Shown here piece after piece: positions 39,869-50,540 of a stretch of DNA of 64,000 bases. The notes beneath the pieces are model-generated. The model searched no databases, was not told the origin of the DNA, and was given only the letters and a program-made list of their open reading frames with translations. Position numbers and translations under genes: made by a program. How positions within the stretch are numbered: position 1 is the first letter of the stretch; every line of letters begins with the position of its first letter. This DNA is from an uncultured Planctomycetota bacterium (GTDB lineage: Bacteria > Planctomycetota > Planctomycetia > Isosphaerales > Isosphaeraceae): NCBI GenBank assembly GCA_963737655.1, contig CAVTTN010000002.1, forward strand, positions 5,696,001 to 5,760,000. Direction: 5' to 3'.

Positions 39869-40076
39869 CGGTCACCAGGGCTTGCTCCGCCAGGCTCAGC
39901 GCCTCGGTCGCCTGATCGCGACCGACCGACGGAAAATCGTCCAGGAATTCGTCGAGGGGTCGTCCCCCCCTCAAATAATCGATCAGGGCCCGGAGAGGGA
40001 CGCGCGTGCCTGTGAACACCGGTGTGCCTCCCAGGATATCAGGGTCGCGATGGACCACGGATGCCGACGTATTCAT
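39852..40076 (-). CDS. DUF433 family protein
   Basis: DPDILGGTPVFTGTRVP..LDEFLDDFPSV; GGGAGG upstream. Confidence 0.9.
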   Translation of the reverse strand: MNTSASVVHRDPDILGGTPVFTGTRVPLRALIDYLRGGRPLDEFLDDFPSVGRDQATEALSLAEQALVTDARPA

Positions 40077-40233
40077 GATCGTCCTCCCGTCCTGCGGGTC
40101 CGGACCGCCGCGGGATCGGCCATCGAGGGCCGATCGGCCGGCCCTCCGAGCGGCAGGACCGCCAGGAAGTGAAGTGAGGGGGCGGAGCGGCCCCGCCCCC
40201 TGCTCGTTCCGGACCCGATCGCGGGGGACCGGA

Positions 40234-41355
40234 TCACGCCTTGGGCGGCTCGGTCGGCTTGGGATCGTCCTTGGGGGCGTCCTTCGGGGCGTCCTTGGAC
40301 TCTTCCTTCTTGGGGTCTTCCTTGGGGGTGTCCTTGGAGTCGCTCTTGGGCTCGTCCTTGGGGGCGTCCTTCGGCGCGTCTTCCTTCTTCTTGTCCTCTT
40401 CCTTCTTCTTGTCGTCGTCGGCCTTCTTCTTGGCCTCTTCCTCTTTCTTCATGTCGGCGGCCTTCTTCTCCTCGTCGGCCTTCTTCTTGGCTTCCTCTTC
40501 CTTCTTCATCTCGGCGGCCTTCTTCTCCTCGTCGGCCTTCTTCTTGGCCTCTTCCTGCTTCTTCATCTCGGCGGCCTTGGCTTCTTCCTGCTTCTTCATC
40601 TCGGCGGCCTTGGCCTCTTCTTCCTGCTTCTTCTTCATCTCGGCGGCCTTGGCTTCGGCGTCGGCCTTGGCCTTGGCTTCGGCGTCGGCCTTGGCCTTGA
40701 GTTCCTCGGGGGTGGGCTTGGCGTAGGCCTTGCGGGCGTCGGCCAGGAGCGGGTCGAAGAGGAGCTTCCTCTGGTCGTAGAAGGACTTCAGGCCCTTGGA
40801 GGGCGGGGTGATCCGCACGTTCTTCTCGGCGGAGACGCCGTCCATCTTGCCGTAGCCGGTGAACCAGGCGCCGAAGACCTCCAGGCTGACGCCGGCCTGC
40901 TCGTTGTCCTTGGAGATGGCCTTGAGCGGGGTGACGTCGTCGGCCCGGCCGGTGATCAGGATGTCGAGGATCGGCGGCGGGTCGATGGTGGTCTTGACCA
41001 GGCCGGCGGCCTCGGCGGCGGCGATGGCCTCGGCCACGGCCTTGCGGGCGGCCTCCAGCTTCTCCTGGACGTCGGGCGGGATGGTCGGCTCGGCGGGGGC
41101 GGCCGGCTTGGCCTCTTCGGCCTTCTTGGGCTCTTCGGCCTTCTTGGGCTCGTCCTTCTTCGTCTCGTCCTTCTTCGGTTCGTCCTTCTTCGGTTCGTCC
41201 TTCTTCGTCTCGTCCGGCTTGGGTTCGTCCTTCTTGGGTTCGTCCTTCTTGGTCTCCGCCTTCTTGTCGTCCTGGGCGAGGGCGGGTCGGAGGCCGGAGG
41301 TGCCGAGTCCGAGGAGGAGGGCGGCGATCAGGGGGAGCATGGCGGAGAGACGCAC
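40234..41355 (-). CDS. Secreted protein with Lys/Glu/Ala-rich (TolA-like) repeats
   Basis: AAGGAG then GTG start; signal peptide; (KKDEP)n and (KAAEMKKxEEAKKKADEEK)n around a small globular core. Confidence 0.75.
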   Translation of the reverse strand: MRLSAMLPLIAALLLGLGTSGLRPALAQDDKKAETKKDEPKKDEPKPDETKKDEPKKDEPKKDETKKDEPKKAEEPKKAEEAKPAAPAEPTIPPDVQEKLEAARKAVAEAIAAAEAAGLVKTTIDPPPILDILITGRADDVTPLKAISKDNEQAGVSLEVFGAWFTGYGKMDGVSAEKNVRITPPSKGLKSFYDQRKLLFDPLLADARKAYAKPTPEELKAKADAEAKAKADAEAKAAEMKKKQEEEAKAAEMKKQEEAKAAEMKKQEEAKKKADEEKKAAEMKKEEEAKKKADEEKKAADMKKEEEAKKKADDDKKKEEDKKKEDAPKDAPKDEPKSDSKDTPKEDPKKEESKDAPKDAPKDDPKPTEPPKA

Positions 41356-41610
41356 CAGGGAACTCCTTCCGTAGAGGGATGGAAAGGCCGGCAGGGCCGC
41401 CCCGTTCACTTCGGGCGAGATTTTCCGATAGTAACGAGGCTCGGGGCCGCCGGAAAGGGGCAAATGGCCACCGCCGACCCCCTTCCCTCGGAATCTCGGC
41501 GAACGGATCATGAATCGGGTCGGCCGGGGCCGATGGTAGGGTCGAGACGCGGATCGCGCGGCCCGAGCCGGAGGCGTCGGGCGGGATCGGAGTGCCGGAG
41601 GCACGTGGAC

Positions 41611-43523
41611 ATGATCGGCAGGAACTCGCGGAATCGGACGTCCCCTTCCCTGGAAGACCTGGAAGGGCGGATGCTCCTCAGTGCGAAGGCCTACGACTCT
41701 CACGGGCAAACGATCCACGACAAGGACCAGCTCCGCTACTTCACCCAGTTGAAGAACCACGTCCCGCTGTCGGATCGGCGGATCGCGTACACGACGCCCC
41801 AGGGCACGAAGGTCCAGTTGACGCTCTACGGTTTCGGCTCGCTCGCCGGGACGACCGTGGCCTCCGACGGGTCGCTGGACCTGGTCTATTCCAAGACCAA
41901 TTCCAGCTCGAAGATCGTCGGCCATACCACCGGGGGCACGGGCCGGGCCCCCCTGGCCAGCATCCGCGACGCCGCCGTGCCGGCCCGCAGCGCCACGGTC
42001 CTGGGCAGCGAGGCCCTGGCCGTGGTCAACCTCAAGCACTTCGACCTGAATTCGGGCGGATATATCAACATCGAGGGCGGCATCGGCACCCTCGCCCTCG
42101 GATCGGCCGGCCCGAACTCGCAGATCCACGTCTCCTCCATCGCCACGAGCTCCACCACGCAAACCACCACCTCCTCGACGGCCGCCGTGGTCCTGGGGAC
42201 GACGACCTCGACGACCGGGACGACCACGACGACCTCCACCGGCTCGACCACGACCTCGGCGGCCACCGGCCTGACCAGCGGGACCGGCTCGGGCGTGCCG
42301 TCGATCGGCACGAACAACCTGACCACCGGCACCGGCACCTCGTCCACCGGCTCCACGACGACCAGCACCTCGACCGTCCCGGCCGGCGCCGAGATCTCGA
42401 TCCCGGTGATCAACGGGGCCCCCGGTCCGTCCCGCTGGGCGACCCGCAGATCTTCGGCTACGACACGCAGGCCGGCAGCCTGATCCGGTTCGACGCCACG
42501 ACCGGCGCGGTCCTCCAGACCATCCCCGTGCCGGTCCTGGGCCAGCCGATCGCCGGGGCCGGGCTCGCCCGGGACGACGGCCAATTGGTCGTCCTGGTCG
42601 GCTTCGGCACCACGATCGAGGCGTTCGACGTCGTGACCGGCGCGCCCGTCGGCCAGTTCTCGACGGCCGACCTGACGGCCGACGGCCTGAACCGGGTCGA
42701 TGGCATCGGCTCCAACGACACCCAGACGTTCGTCTCCGACGCGACGGCCGGGACCAACGGCTCGATCTTGCAGATCAACGTGACGGCCAGCCTCGCCTCG
42801 GGCCACGCCGTGGCCGTCGGCACCGCGTTCTCGCCGGGCCGCGAGTTCGAGCTCTCCGGCGGGCTCTCGGGAGTCGCCGGGACCAACACGATCTACGCCA
42901 CCGGGGCCGCCCACTTCGACCAGTTCGTGCCCGACCAGGTGGAGGAAGGCATCCTCGGATTCCTGCCCAGCCGGACCGGGACCGACACCGAAGTCTCCCG
43001 CCTGGCGATCAATGGGGCCAACGGCGACCCGATCATCGTCGGGCCGCCGGGGTCGGCCAAGTCGAACCCGACGATGGCTCTGGGAAGCGTCGGCGCCAAC
43101 CTCGCGCTGGATACCGGAGTGACCAACGGCGAGAACGTCGTGGCCCTGATCAACCCCTCGACCAACGCCGCCGCCGGGACGATCCTGCTCCAGGACGGCC
43201 ACCTCCTGGCCGGGCTCAGCGAGAGCTTCCACCCGGAACTCGTCAACGGCGTGATCATCGACGTCTCGAACAACCTCCGCCGGTTCGTCGGCACCCAGGC
43301 CACCGGCCTGGTCCTCAGCGCCGGAGGGGCGGTGAACCTCGTCCAGATCGGCTCGGCCACCGACACCGCCGTCCTCGGCCGACCGCTCAACCACGTGAAC
43401 ATCCCCAGGCGCCAGAACGTGATCCTCCAGTCCACCGCCCGGGGCAACCTCGGCGTCGGCACCCGGGGCGGAGTCACGGTCAAGGCCATCTCCCGCGCCC
43501 CCGGCCCGTTGACCCTGCCCTGA
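41611..43523 (+). CDS. Extracellular protein with planctomycete LExRxLL motif and Thr/Ser linker; frameshift near 42425
   Basis: PSLEDLEGRMLLS near the N-terminus; Thr-rich spacer; second beta-rich domain in another frame. Confidence 0.7.
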
Positions 43524-43684
43524 TCCCGCGATCGTGGAGGTCGCGCGATCTCCCGGCGAAGAACCGATGAAGATCGGCCGATCCGCCCCGCCGGCCCTTG
43601 ATCGCCCCCCCCGAATTTCCGAATCTCGACGCCCTGGATGACTCGGGGCACGATGATATCGGGCAAGGCAAGCCAAGGGGGCGG

Positions 43685-44716
43685 ATGATGCGGCGGGTGA
43701 TCGCGGTTCTTCTGGTGGGCGCGGCGGTGTCGGCGCGGGGCGATGAGATCGTCGTCGAGTCGGCCTCGGCCCGGACTCCGATCCTGGCGGCGGACCCGGC
43801 GCCCGGCCGGGATGGGCTGGACCCGAAGATCGAGGCGTCGGCCGTCGAGCCGATCGGCGAGGGGAGCCTCCTGCTCGTCGCCGACGACAAGACGCCCGGC
43901 CTGGTCGTCGTCGATCGCCGGACCGGCCGGCGGGTGGGCTCGCCCCTGTCCCTGGGCCAGGCGGCCGAGGGGCCGATCGCGCCGAAGTGGGAGGGCATGG
44001 CCCGCGACGGCGAGACCTTCTACGTGATCGGCTCGCACTCGGGCAAGAAGGCCGCCGAGAGACGGGCCCACGCCCGGCTCGTCCGGTTCCGCCTGGCCTC
44101 GACCCAACCTCCGGCCATCGACGCCAGCTCGGTCGAGACGCTGGACCTGGCGACCTCGTTGGCCGAGGTCGAGGGGTTCCGGCCCGAGGGGGAATCCAAG
44201 GCCGACGACCCGGTGAAGATCGAGGGGCTGACCATCCGGCCCACGGCCAGGGGCCGCGAACTCTGCATCGGGCTGAGGAAGCCCAACGCCACGATCCGCG
44301 CCTATGCCGCCGACCTGCCCGAGTCCCCCGGCCAGCACTCGCCCCTCAAGCTCCGCCGCCTGTTCGACTTCGAGGATGCCCCGGTCGGCGAGGTCCGCCG
44401 CGAGCTCGGCTCCCTCGAATACTGCCCCGAGTGGAAGGGCTTCTTCGTCGTCACGCTCTGCGAGGACGAGGCCAACCACTTCGACGAGAACGTGTTGTGG
44501 TTCCTCCCCGACTCCGACATCGCCTCGACCGGCCTCTCGAAGCCGACCAAGGTCTGGGCGTTCGCCCGAGGCTTCAAGTGCGAGGGGCTGGCCGTGTTGC
44601 CGGCGAAGCCCGACGCCCCGAAGCTCGACCTGATCCTCTCCTTCGACAACGACGCCGCCACCACCAAGATGCCCAGCCTGGTCCAGACCATCACCCTGGG
44701 CCGCAAGGCGAAATAA
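43685..44716 (+). CDS. Secreted beta-propeller-like protein (DUF3616-like)
   Basis: IEASAV, KWEGMA..YVIGSHS, KIEGL..IGLRKP, KCEGLA. Confidence 0.7.
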   Translation: MMRRVIAVLLVGAAVSARGDEIVVESASARTPILAADPAPGRDGLDPKIEASAVEPIGEGSLLLVADDKTPGLVVVDRRTGRRVGSPLSLGQAAEGPIAPKWEGMARDGETFYVIGSHSGKKAAERRAHARLVRFRLASTQPPAIDASSVETLDLATSLAEVEGFRPEGESKADDPVKIEGLTIRPTARGRELCIGLRKPNATIRAYAADLPESPGQHSPLKLRRLFDFEDAPVGEVRRELGSLEYCPEWKGFFVVTLCEDEANHFDENVLWFLPDSDIASTGLSKPTKVWAFARGFKCEGLAVLPAKPDAPKLDLILSFDNDAATTKMPSLVQTITLGRKAK

Positions 44717-44729
44717 GGTCGGTAGGCTG

Positions 44730-44812
44730 GGTGACGGGAGAAAGCCGTCGGTGTCGGATCGATTTTCCGCCGGGGAAAATCGATCCGACACCGACGGCTT
44801 TCCCCCGTCACC
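44730..44812. repeat. 39-bp hairpin between convergent genes (possible bidirectional terminator or REP)
   Basis: Arms at 44730-44768 and 44774-44812, one mismatch. Confidence 0.8.
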
Positions 44813-47192
44813 GCCCCTTGCCGACGGCGCGGAACGTGTCGGCCCCCTCGGTGATCTCGATGGCCTGATCGGCGTTGAGGTTGCGGAAGGTCTGCGAGGT
44901 CTTGCTGGTGGGCCAGGTCACGCGGAGCTCGGCCACCTGGGCGTCGTCCTTCAGGCCGATCGACTCCACCAGGCTGTTGCCGCCGAAGCTGGAGTTGTTG
45001 CCGATCGTCCGGTGGATCGACCGGGTCCGGCCGTCGGCCGAGCGGATCACGGCTTCGAGATGGGCGCCGATCGCCGATCGGTTCGTCCTGGTCCCGATCA
45101 GCTTGACCTGGAGCCAGTGACGCCCGTGGCCGGGGTTCTTGAACAGGAGGTTGTACGAGCGGTCGCCCGGGACGGCCCCGCCGGCCTCGACGAAGAAATC
45201 CAGGTCGCCGTCGCCGTCGAAGTCGGCGAACGAGACGCCGTGGCCTTTCTGCAAGTGCCCGGTGCCGCTTGAGGTCGTGGCGTCCGCGAACTTCTGGCCG
45301 TCGATGTTGATGAACAATCGGTTGGGGACGAGGTGCTCGAACGACATCCCGCCGGTGCCGAGATAAAGGTCCAGGTCGCCGTCGTTGTCGAGGTCGGCGA
45401 AGTTGCAGCCCATGGGGGTCATCCCGTGGTCCAGGCCCACCTCCCTGGTGAGGTCGGCGAAGCCCTGGGGGCCGAGGTTGCGGTAGAACCGGGGCCGGCT
45501 GGTCCGGGAGACGGGCAGGCCGAGGTAGCTGGCCAGCTCCTCGGCGAGCGAATACATGTTTTCGTTGACGTAGAGGTCCAGCTTGCCGTCATTGTCATAA
45601 TCCCAGAACCAGACGGCGAAGCTCGCGTCGGCGCCGAGGGCGCCGAGCTCGGCGGCCTTGTCCACGAACTTCCCGCCCCCTTCGTTGTGATACAGGCGGC
45701 ACGGGCCCACGATATTGGAGACGTACAGGTCGAGCTTGCCGTCCCCGTCGTAGTCGCCCCAGGCCGAGCCCTTGGAGCAGATCTCGGCGGCGACTCCGGC
45801 GGAGGCGGCGACGTCCTCGAACGTGCCGTCGCCCCGGTTGTGGTAGAGCCGGCAGCGGTTGCGGGGGTCGCCGTCGGACTTGCCCGGGATGCCCGAGGGC
45901 GGGAGGAACTCCCCGCAAACGAAGACGTCCAGGAGACCGTCGTCGTCGTAGTCTCCCCAGGCCGCCGACTCGCTGGAGATCGGCAGGCCGAGCCCGGAGG
46001 GGATCGTCACGTCCTCGAACGAGCCGTCCCCCTTGTTCCTCAGGAGGCTCATCCGCAGCGGCTTTTCCCACGCGCCTCGGAGCAGGAGTAAATCGAGGTC
46101 GCCGTCATTGTCGTAGTCGGCCCGGGTCAGGTTCAGGACGTAGACCTGATCGGTGATCCCGGCCTTGTCGGAGTGGTCCTCGAAGGTGCCGTCGCCCCGG
46201 TTCAGGAAGAGCGAGGCGCCTCGATCGACGTCCAGCGAGGTGGTGAAGAGGTCGGGTCGGCCGTCGCCGTTGAAGTCGTCAAAGATGCTGCCGCCCGCCT
46301 GGTTCGGCCCCCGGAGGGTCAGCCCGGCGGCCGAGGCCACGTTCTCGAACCGGCCGACGTCGGCCGCGGAGGCGAAGGGTTCGAGCGAGATCAGGTATTT
46401 GGGGGGGACCTTGGCGGGGTATTCGCCCAGGGTCATGTAGGCGAGGTTCAGGAGCCACCTGACGCGGAGGTCGCCCGGGGCCTCGTCGAGATAGCCGGTG
46501 AACCGGAGGATCGCCTCGCGAGAGCCGGCCGGGACGGTGTGGGCGGCTTCGGGGGAGATGGGGAAGATGCAGGACGAGGGCCCCACGCATTCGATGCAAT
46601 TGGCCACCTCGCCCCGCCTCATGGCGACGATCCCCAGCAGGGCCATCAGGTCGAGCCGGGCGGCGGTGGGCAGGGCCGGCGAGGACCGGGCCAGGGCCAA
46701 ATCCTTCTCGAAGACGCCGGTGGCGTCGTCGAATCGGCCCTCGTACATGGCCAGGAGCCCGAGGTTGCGGCGGACGGCCAGGGCATAGGCGATCTCCCCG
46801 GCCGGGGCCCGGGGGCCGACGTGGAGCCGATCGACCTCGGCCTCCATCACCCCTCGGGCCAGCTTCGGGCGGTTCAACAGGGCCTGGCGGATCGCCCCGA
46901 GGTCGCTCGGGTCGTGGATCGTCCCGGTGAATTCGTTCGCCAGGCCCACCCCGCCATCCTCGAACCCCTGGGTCGTGAGGAAGATCCCGGGCTTTCGGGC
47001 CGGCTCCGGCGCCGAGGCGGCCGGACCCGGCGCGGGAGCCTCCGGGCGATCGGGCGGCGGGGCCTCCGCCGGGGACGATCGGGCGACTTTCGAGGCCCCT
47101 TCCGGGCCCATCGACGCCAGCCACACCACCCCTCCGGCCGCCGCCGCCAGGCAAACCAGGCCCACGAGGAGGATCTGGATCGGAGAACGCAT
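44808..47192 (-). CDS. CRTAC1-like FG-GAP repeat/ASPIC-UnbV protein
   Basis: Repeated DYDNDGDLDL motifs, NRSAIGA, C-terminal VTWP. Confidence 0.88.
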   Translation of the reverse strand: MRSPIQILLVGLVCLAAAAGGVVWLASMGPEGASKVARSSPAEAPPPDRPEAPAPGPAASAPEPARKPGIFLTTQGFEDGGVGLANEFTGTIHDPSDLGAIRQALLNRPKLARGVMEAEVDRLHVGPRAPAGEIAYALAVRRNLGLLAMYEGRFDDATGVFEKDLALARSSPALPTAARLDLMALLGIVAMRRGEVANCIECVGPSSCIFPISPEAAHTVPAGSREAILRFTGYLDEAPGDLRVRWLLNLAYMTLGEYPAKVPPKYLISLEPFASAADVGRFENVASAAGLTLRGPNQAGGSIFDDFNGDGRPDLFTTSLDVDRGASLFLNRGDGTFEDHSDKAGITDQVYVLNLTRADYDNDGDLDLLLLRGAWEKPLRMSLLRNKGDGSFEDVTIPSGLGLPISSESAAWGDYDDDGLLDVFVCGEFLPPSGIPGKSDGDPRNRCRLYHNRGDGTFEDVAASAGVAAEICSKGSAWGDYDGDGKLDLYVSNIVGPCRLYHNEGGGKFVDKAAELGALGADASFAVWFWDYDNDGKLDLYVNENMYSLAEELASYLGLPVSRTSRPRFYRNLGPQGFADLTREVGLDHGMTPMGCNFADLDNDGDLDLYLGTGGMSFEHLVPNRLFINIDGQKFADATTSSGTGHLQKGHGVSFADFDGDGDLDFFVEAGGAVPGDRSYNLLFKNPGHGRHWLQVKLIGTRTNRSAIGAHLEAVIRSADGRTRSIHRTIGNNSSFGGNSLVESIGLKDDAQVAELRVTWPTSKTSQTFRNLNADQAIEITEGADTFRAVGKGR

Positions 47193-47223
47193 CGGGTCAT
47201 CCCTCGAACGAGACGGGCCGCTC

Positions 47224-48837
47224 TCAGTGGCGATTTTCCAGGACCGAGTAGCCGAGCTGATAATTCCAGTTCACGATACCCTTCCAGTCCGATTCATATT
47301 GATTGGCGTTCTGGCCATCGACGGGCACCAGGGGGAGCCAGAGGCCGGGCTTGAGCGGGGCGAGGCGATGGATGGCGGTCAGGTAGTCGATGGTGGCCTC
47401 CCGGGAGGCGGCCAGGTCGGTCTCCAGGGCCTCGGTCATCGCCGGTTCGGCCTGGGAGGGGACCGTCCCGGAGAAGAGGACCGCGTGGCCCGCCCACGGG
47501 ACGAGATAGGCCGTCTCCCCGCCACCCCGGCTCCCCAGAGGGATCACCTGGACGTCGATCGGGAGGACCGCCCGGATTTCCTCGGCCGGCACCACCGAAC
47601 CCGCCGGGCACGCCTTGCGGACCTTCTCCAGCGCCTCCGACGGCGCCACGACCCTCGCCCGGCCGCCGGTCGCCTCGATCGTCTCGGTCAAAGCGCCCAG
47701 ATCCTCCGAATTCGCCGAGGTCAGCACCACGGCCGAGATCTCGGCGGCCGAAACCCCCAGGAGTCGAAGCCGCTCCGCCACAAAATTGGGCAGTCCCGCC
47801 CCGCCGGGGGCGTTGACCACCGCCAGTTTCCCGCCCGCCCGGAGCGCATAAACGGCCTTTCCCTGGCGATCACCCAGGTAATACAGGTCGGGCAGGAGGA
47901 CTTTCGGGACCCCATCGAGGAAATCCGGCCCGTCGGCCCGATAGCGGGCCAGGAGCGTCTCCAGCTCCCGGATGCCCTCGTCCAGCATCGCCTCCCATTG
48001 CGACTGGGAAAGCCGGGGACTCTGCGGCTCGGGGTCCGACCGCGGATGCCCCGGCAAGACCAGATCCGGCACCGGTATGGCCCGCAATTTACGCAAACTT
48101 TCCAGATACGCGCCCGCATCGCCGCGATACCGAGGTGCCAGGCCCGCCGAATACGTCCCCAACGGCTTCCGCCCCCCCGGGAATCGCGGGACGTCCCCCA
48201 TAAGCATCGAGATCACGTCGCCCGCGAACAGAATCCGCAGGCCCCCCCGTTCCATCAAGTACCCCATACTACCCGGAGTATGGCCAGGGAGGCCCAGGAC
48301 GCGGATCGTGACCTCGCCGAAGCGAAGGACCTCGCCTCCGGAAAGCTCCACGTCCACCGGGGTGGGGTGGGGCGAGTGGTTGGGCATGTAGAAGACGCTG
48401 AAGAAGGCGGGCCGCGAGGTTCCGGCGCGGATTGGAGGCGCATCCTCCTTGCCGGCATAGATTTTCGCCCCGACGGTTTCGCGCAAGTATCCAGCCCCGC
48501 CGACGTGGTCGCCGTGGACGTGGGTGATCAGGATCGCCCGGACATCTTTCCAGGACAGTCCCAGCTTCCTCATTTGCGCCTTCACCGGGCCGGCGTCGCT
48601 CTCCAGTCCCGAGTCGATCAGGACGATCCCCGCGGAGGTCTCGACCGCGTAAACGGTGGAGGGGGCGAGGCTTCCGAGCATGTGGACGCCCGGAACGAGG
48701 GTCAGGGCCGAGGGGGCCAGGGTCGGGACGGCCTCGGGATCGAGGTGCCAGCGATGCCCCAGGGCCACGCCGCCCATCGCCAGGAGCAGAGCGGCGCCTC
48801 GCAAGGTCCAGCGGAGCCGTCGAGAGGTGCGAATCAT
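47224..48837 (-). CDS. MBL-fold metallo-hydrolase with a degenerate second domain
   Basis: LIDSG, THVHGDHVGG, PGHTPG, FAGD, LPGHP. Confidence 0.85.
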   Translation of the reverse strand: MIRTSRRLRWTLRGAALLLAMGGVALGHRWHLDPEAVPTLAPSALTLVPGVHMLGSLAPSTVYAVETSAGIVLIDSGLESDAGPVKAQMRKLGLSWKDVRAILITHVHGDHVGGAGYLRETVGAKIYAGKEDAPPIRAGTSRPAFFSVFYMPNHSPHPTPVDVELSGGEVLRFGEVTIRVLGLPGHTPGSMGYLMERGGLRILFAGDVISMLMGDVPRFPGGRKPLGTYSAGLAPRYRGDAGAYLESLRKLRAIPVPDLVLPGHPRSDPEPQSPRLSQSQWEAMLDEGIRELETLLARYRADGPDFLDGVPKVLLPDLYYLGDRQGKAVYALRAGGKLAVVNAPGGAGLPNFVAERLRLLGVSAAEISAVVLTSANSEDLGALTETIEATGGRARVVAPSEALEKVRKACPAGSVVPAEEIRAVLPIDVQVIPLGSRGGGETAYLVPWAGHAVLFSGTVPSQAEPAMTEALETDLAASREATIDYLTAIHRLAPLKPGLWLPLVPVDGQNANQYESDWKGIVNWNYQLGYSVLENRH

Positions 48838-49118
48838 GGATACCCGGATTTCCTACGCCCGCCGCCCGGCCCGAGGAGGGCCCGGTGACGTCTCATGCAA
48901 CCGACAGGCCGGACATCCGGGGGGAGGCGGGGCCGACGGTCCGGTGCGCCGCCCACTGGACATGGATCAGCGTCATCCGAGCCGAGCCCGGCGGAACAAT
49001 CCCGAACGGTGGCCGAACTCCCGGCCGCCTCTCGGATCGCCCCCGGCCCCTTGACCGGATCGGCCCGGTCGTCGAAAACGGAGAGGGCCCGCTCCGACCC
49101 TCCGGAACCCTCCCACCG

Positions 49119-49667
49119 ATGAGCCCTGCCCGCCGCCTCCTGGTCCTCGCCCCGATCGCCCTGGCCCTGGCCGGCTGCGCGGGGGGCGAAGACGTCTCGA
49201 CCCGATCGATCGCCAACGCCCGGAGGACCTGGGAGGCGGCGAGGGTCCGAAATTACGACCTGGAGTGGACCAGCTCCGGGGCGAGGGACGGCCATTACCT
49301 CGTGACGGTCCGAGGTGGCCAGGTCCTCTCGATCAAGTCGATCGTCCGCGACCGGAGGACCGGCGAGGCCCGGGAAGTCGAAGCCAGGCCCGGGGATAAG
49401 AGCTATTATGGGGTCGAGGGCCTGTTCAAGGTCCTGGAGGAGGAGAGGGCGCAACTGGACCAACCCGAACCGTTCGGTCGTCCCCGGGGGGCGAGCACCC
49501 TCCTGAGGTTCACGCCCGACCCGAAGTTCGGCTACCCGTCGCGGTATCGGAGGGACGTGGCCGGCAGCCCCCGGGGGCTGGCGATCGACGTGGTTCGGTT
49601 CGTGCCCAATCCCTCGGCCCCCGCCCCCGCCCCCGTCTCCACCCCGGCACCGCCCTCGTCGCGATGA
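49119..49667 (+). CDS. Lipoprotein (DUF6174-like)
   Basis: Lipobox LAGC; ARRTWEAARVRNYD, VEGLF, DPKFGYP. Confidence 0.65.
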   Translation: MSPARRLLVLAPIALALAGCAGGEDVSTRSIANARRTWEAARVRNYDLEWTSSGARDGHYLVTVRGGQVLSIKSIVRDRRTGEAREVEARPGDKSYYGVEGLFKVLEEERAQLDQPEPFGRPRGASTLLRFTPDPKFGYPSRYRRDVAGSPRGLAIDVVRFVPNPSAPAPAPVSTPAPPSSR

Positions 49668-49691
49668 GCCTCGCCGACTGCGAAAGAACCC

Positions 49692-50516
49692 ATGTCACGA
49701 TCGCGCCAACCGGTTCGTTCCGACCCCCCGGCCGACCCCTCGGCCGAGGCCGCCCGGGCCCAGGGCCGCCAGTGGGGCCGCCACGCCGCCCGATACGACG
49801 ACGTCTTCCTCGACCCGTTCCGCCCCGGGGTCGAGAACCCCATCCCCGCCGCGCTGAAGGCCATCCCCGACCCGAAATCCAAATCCGTGATCGACCTGGG
49901 ATGCGGGACCGGGCCCCTCCTGCCCCTCCTCGTGAAGCGGTTCGGCGAGGTCGTCGCCCTGGACTTCGCCCCGGCCATGATCCGACGGGCCAAGGAGCGG
50001 TTCGGCCCGTCCGCCGCCAAGGTCCGATTCCTCGCCCGGCCGATGGACGACCTCGACGACCTGGCCGGGCGGTTCGACGCCGCCGTGGCCATGAATTCCC
50101 TGGTCATGCCCGACGTCCGCCTGATCGACCGAACCCTCGTCGCCATCCGGGCTTGCCTGAAGCCCGACGGCCGGTTCCTCGGCGTGGTCCCCTCGATCGA
50201 CGCCTTGCACTACCATACAATGCTCCTGATCGACCGCGAGATCGACGCCGGCAAGCCCCCCGAGGAGGCCGAGAGGCTCGCCGCCTTCCACGGGGAGCAC
50301 CATTTCTACGACTTCGCCTTCGGCAAGTTCCTCTTCCGCGGCCTGAAGCAGAAGTTCTGGCAGCCGTTCGAGATCGAGCATCGGCTCGCCCGAGCCGGGT
50401 TCCGCGAGATCGCCCTCGACAAGGTCCTCTACCCCTGGGACGAGCACGTCCCCGGAGGGGACGCCTTCGCCGAGGCCCCCAGAAGCTGGGACTGGGCCTT
50501 CTCCGCCAGCCCCTGA
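49692..50516 (+). CDS. Class I SAM-dependent methyltransferase
   Basis: VIDLGCGTG, ALDFAPAMI, LKPDGRF. Confidence 0.85.
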   Translation: MSRSRQPVRSDPPADPSAEAARAQGRQWGRHAARYDDVFLDPFRPGVENPIPAALKAIPDPKSKSVIDLGCGTGPLLPLLVKRFGEVVALDFAPAMIRRAKERFGPSAAKVRFLARPMDDLDDLAGRFDAAVAMNSLVMPDVRLIDRTLVAIRACLKPDGRFLGVVPSIDALHYHTMLLIDREIDAGKPPEEAERLAAFHGEHHFYDFAFGKFLFRGLKQKFWQPFEIEHRLARAGFREIALDKVLYPWDEHVPGGDAFAEAPRSWDWAFSASP

Positions 50517-50540
50517 CACCCGCCCATGACCCGAAACCCC

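Noticed and set aside
42140..42380. ACC/ACG-rich stretch as a non-coding repeat
   Set aside because: It encodes the Thr/Ser linker of the extracellular protein.
47224..48837. Calling the MBL-fold gene a beta-lactamase resistance gene
   Set aside because: HxHxDH is shared by the whole superfamily; substrate cannot be read from the sequence.
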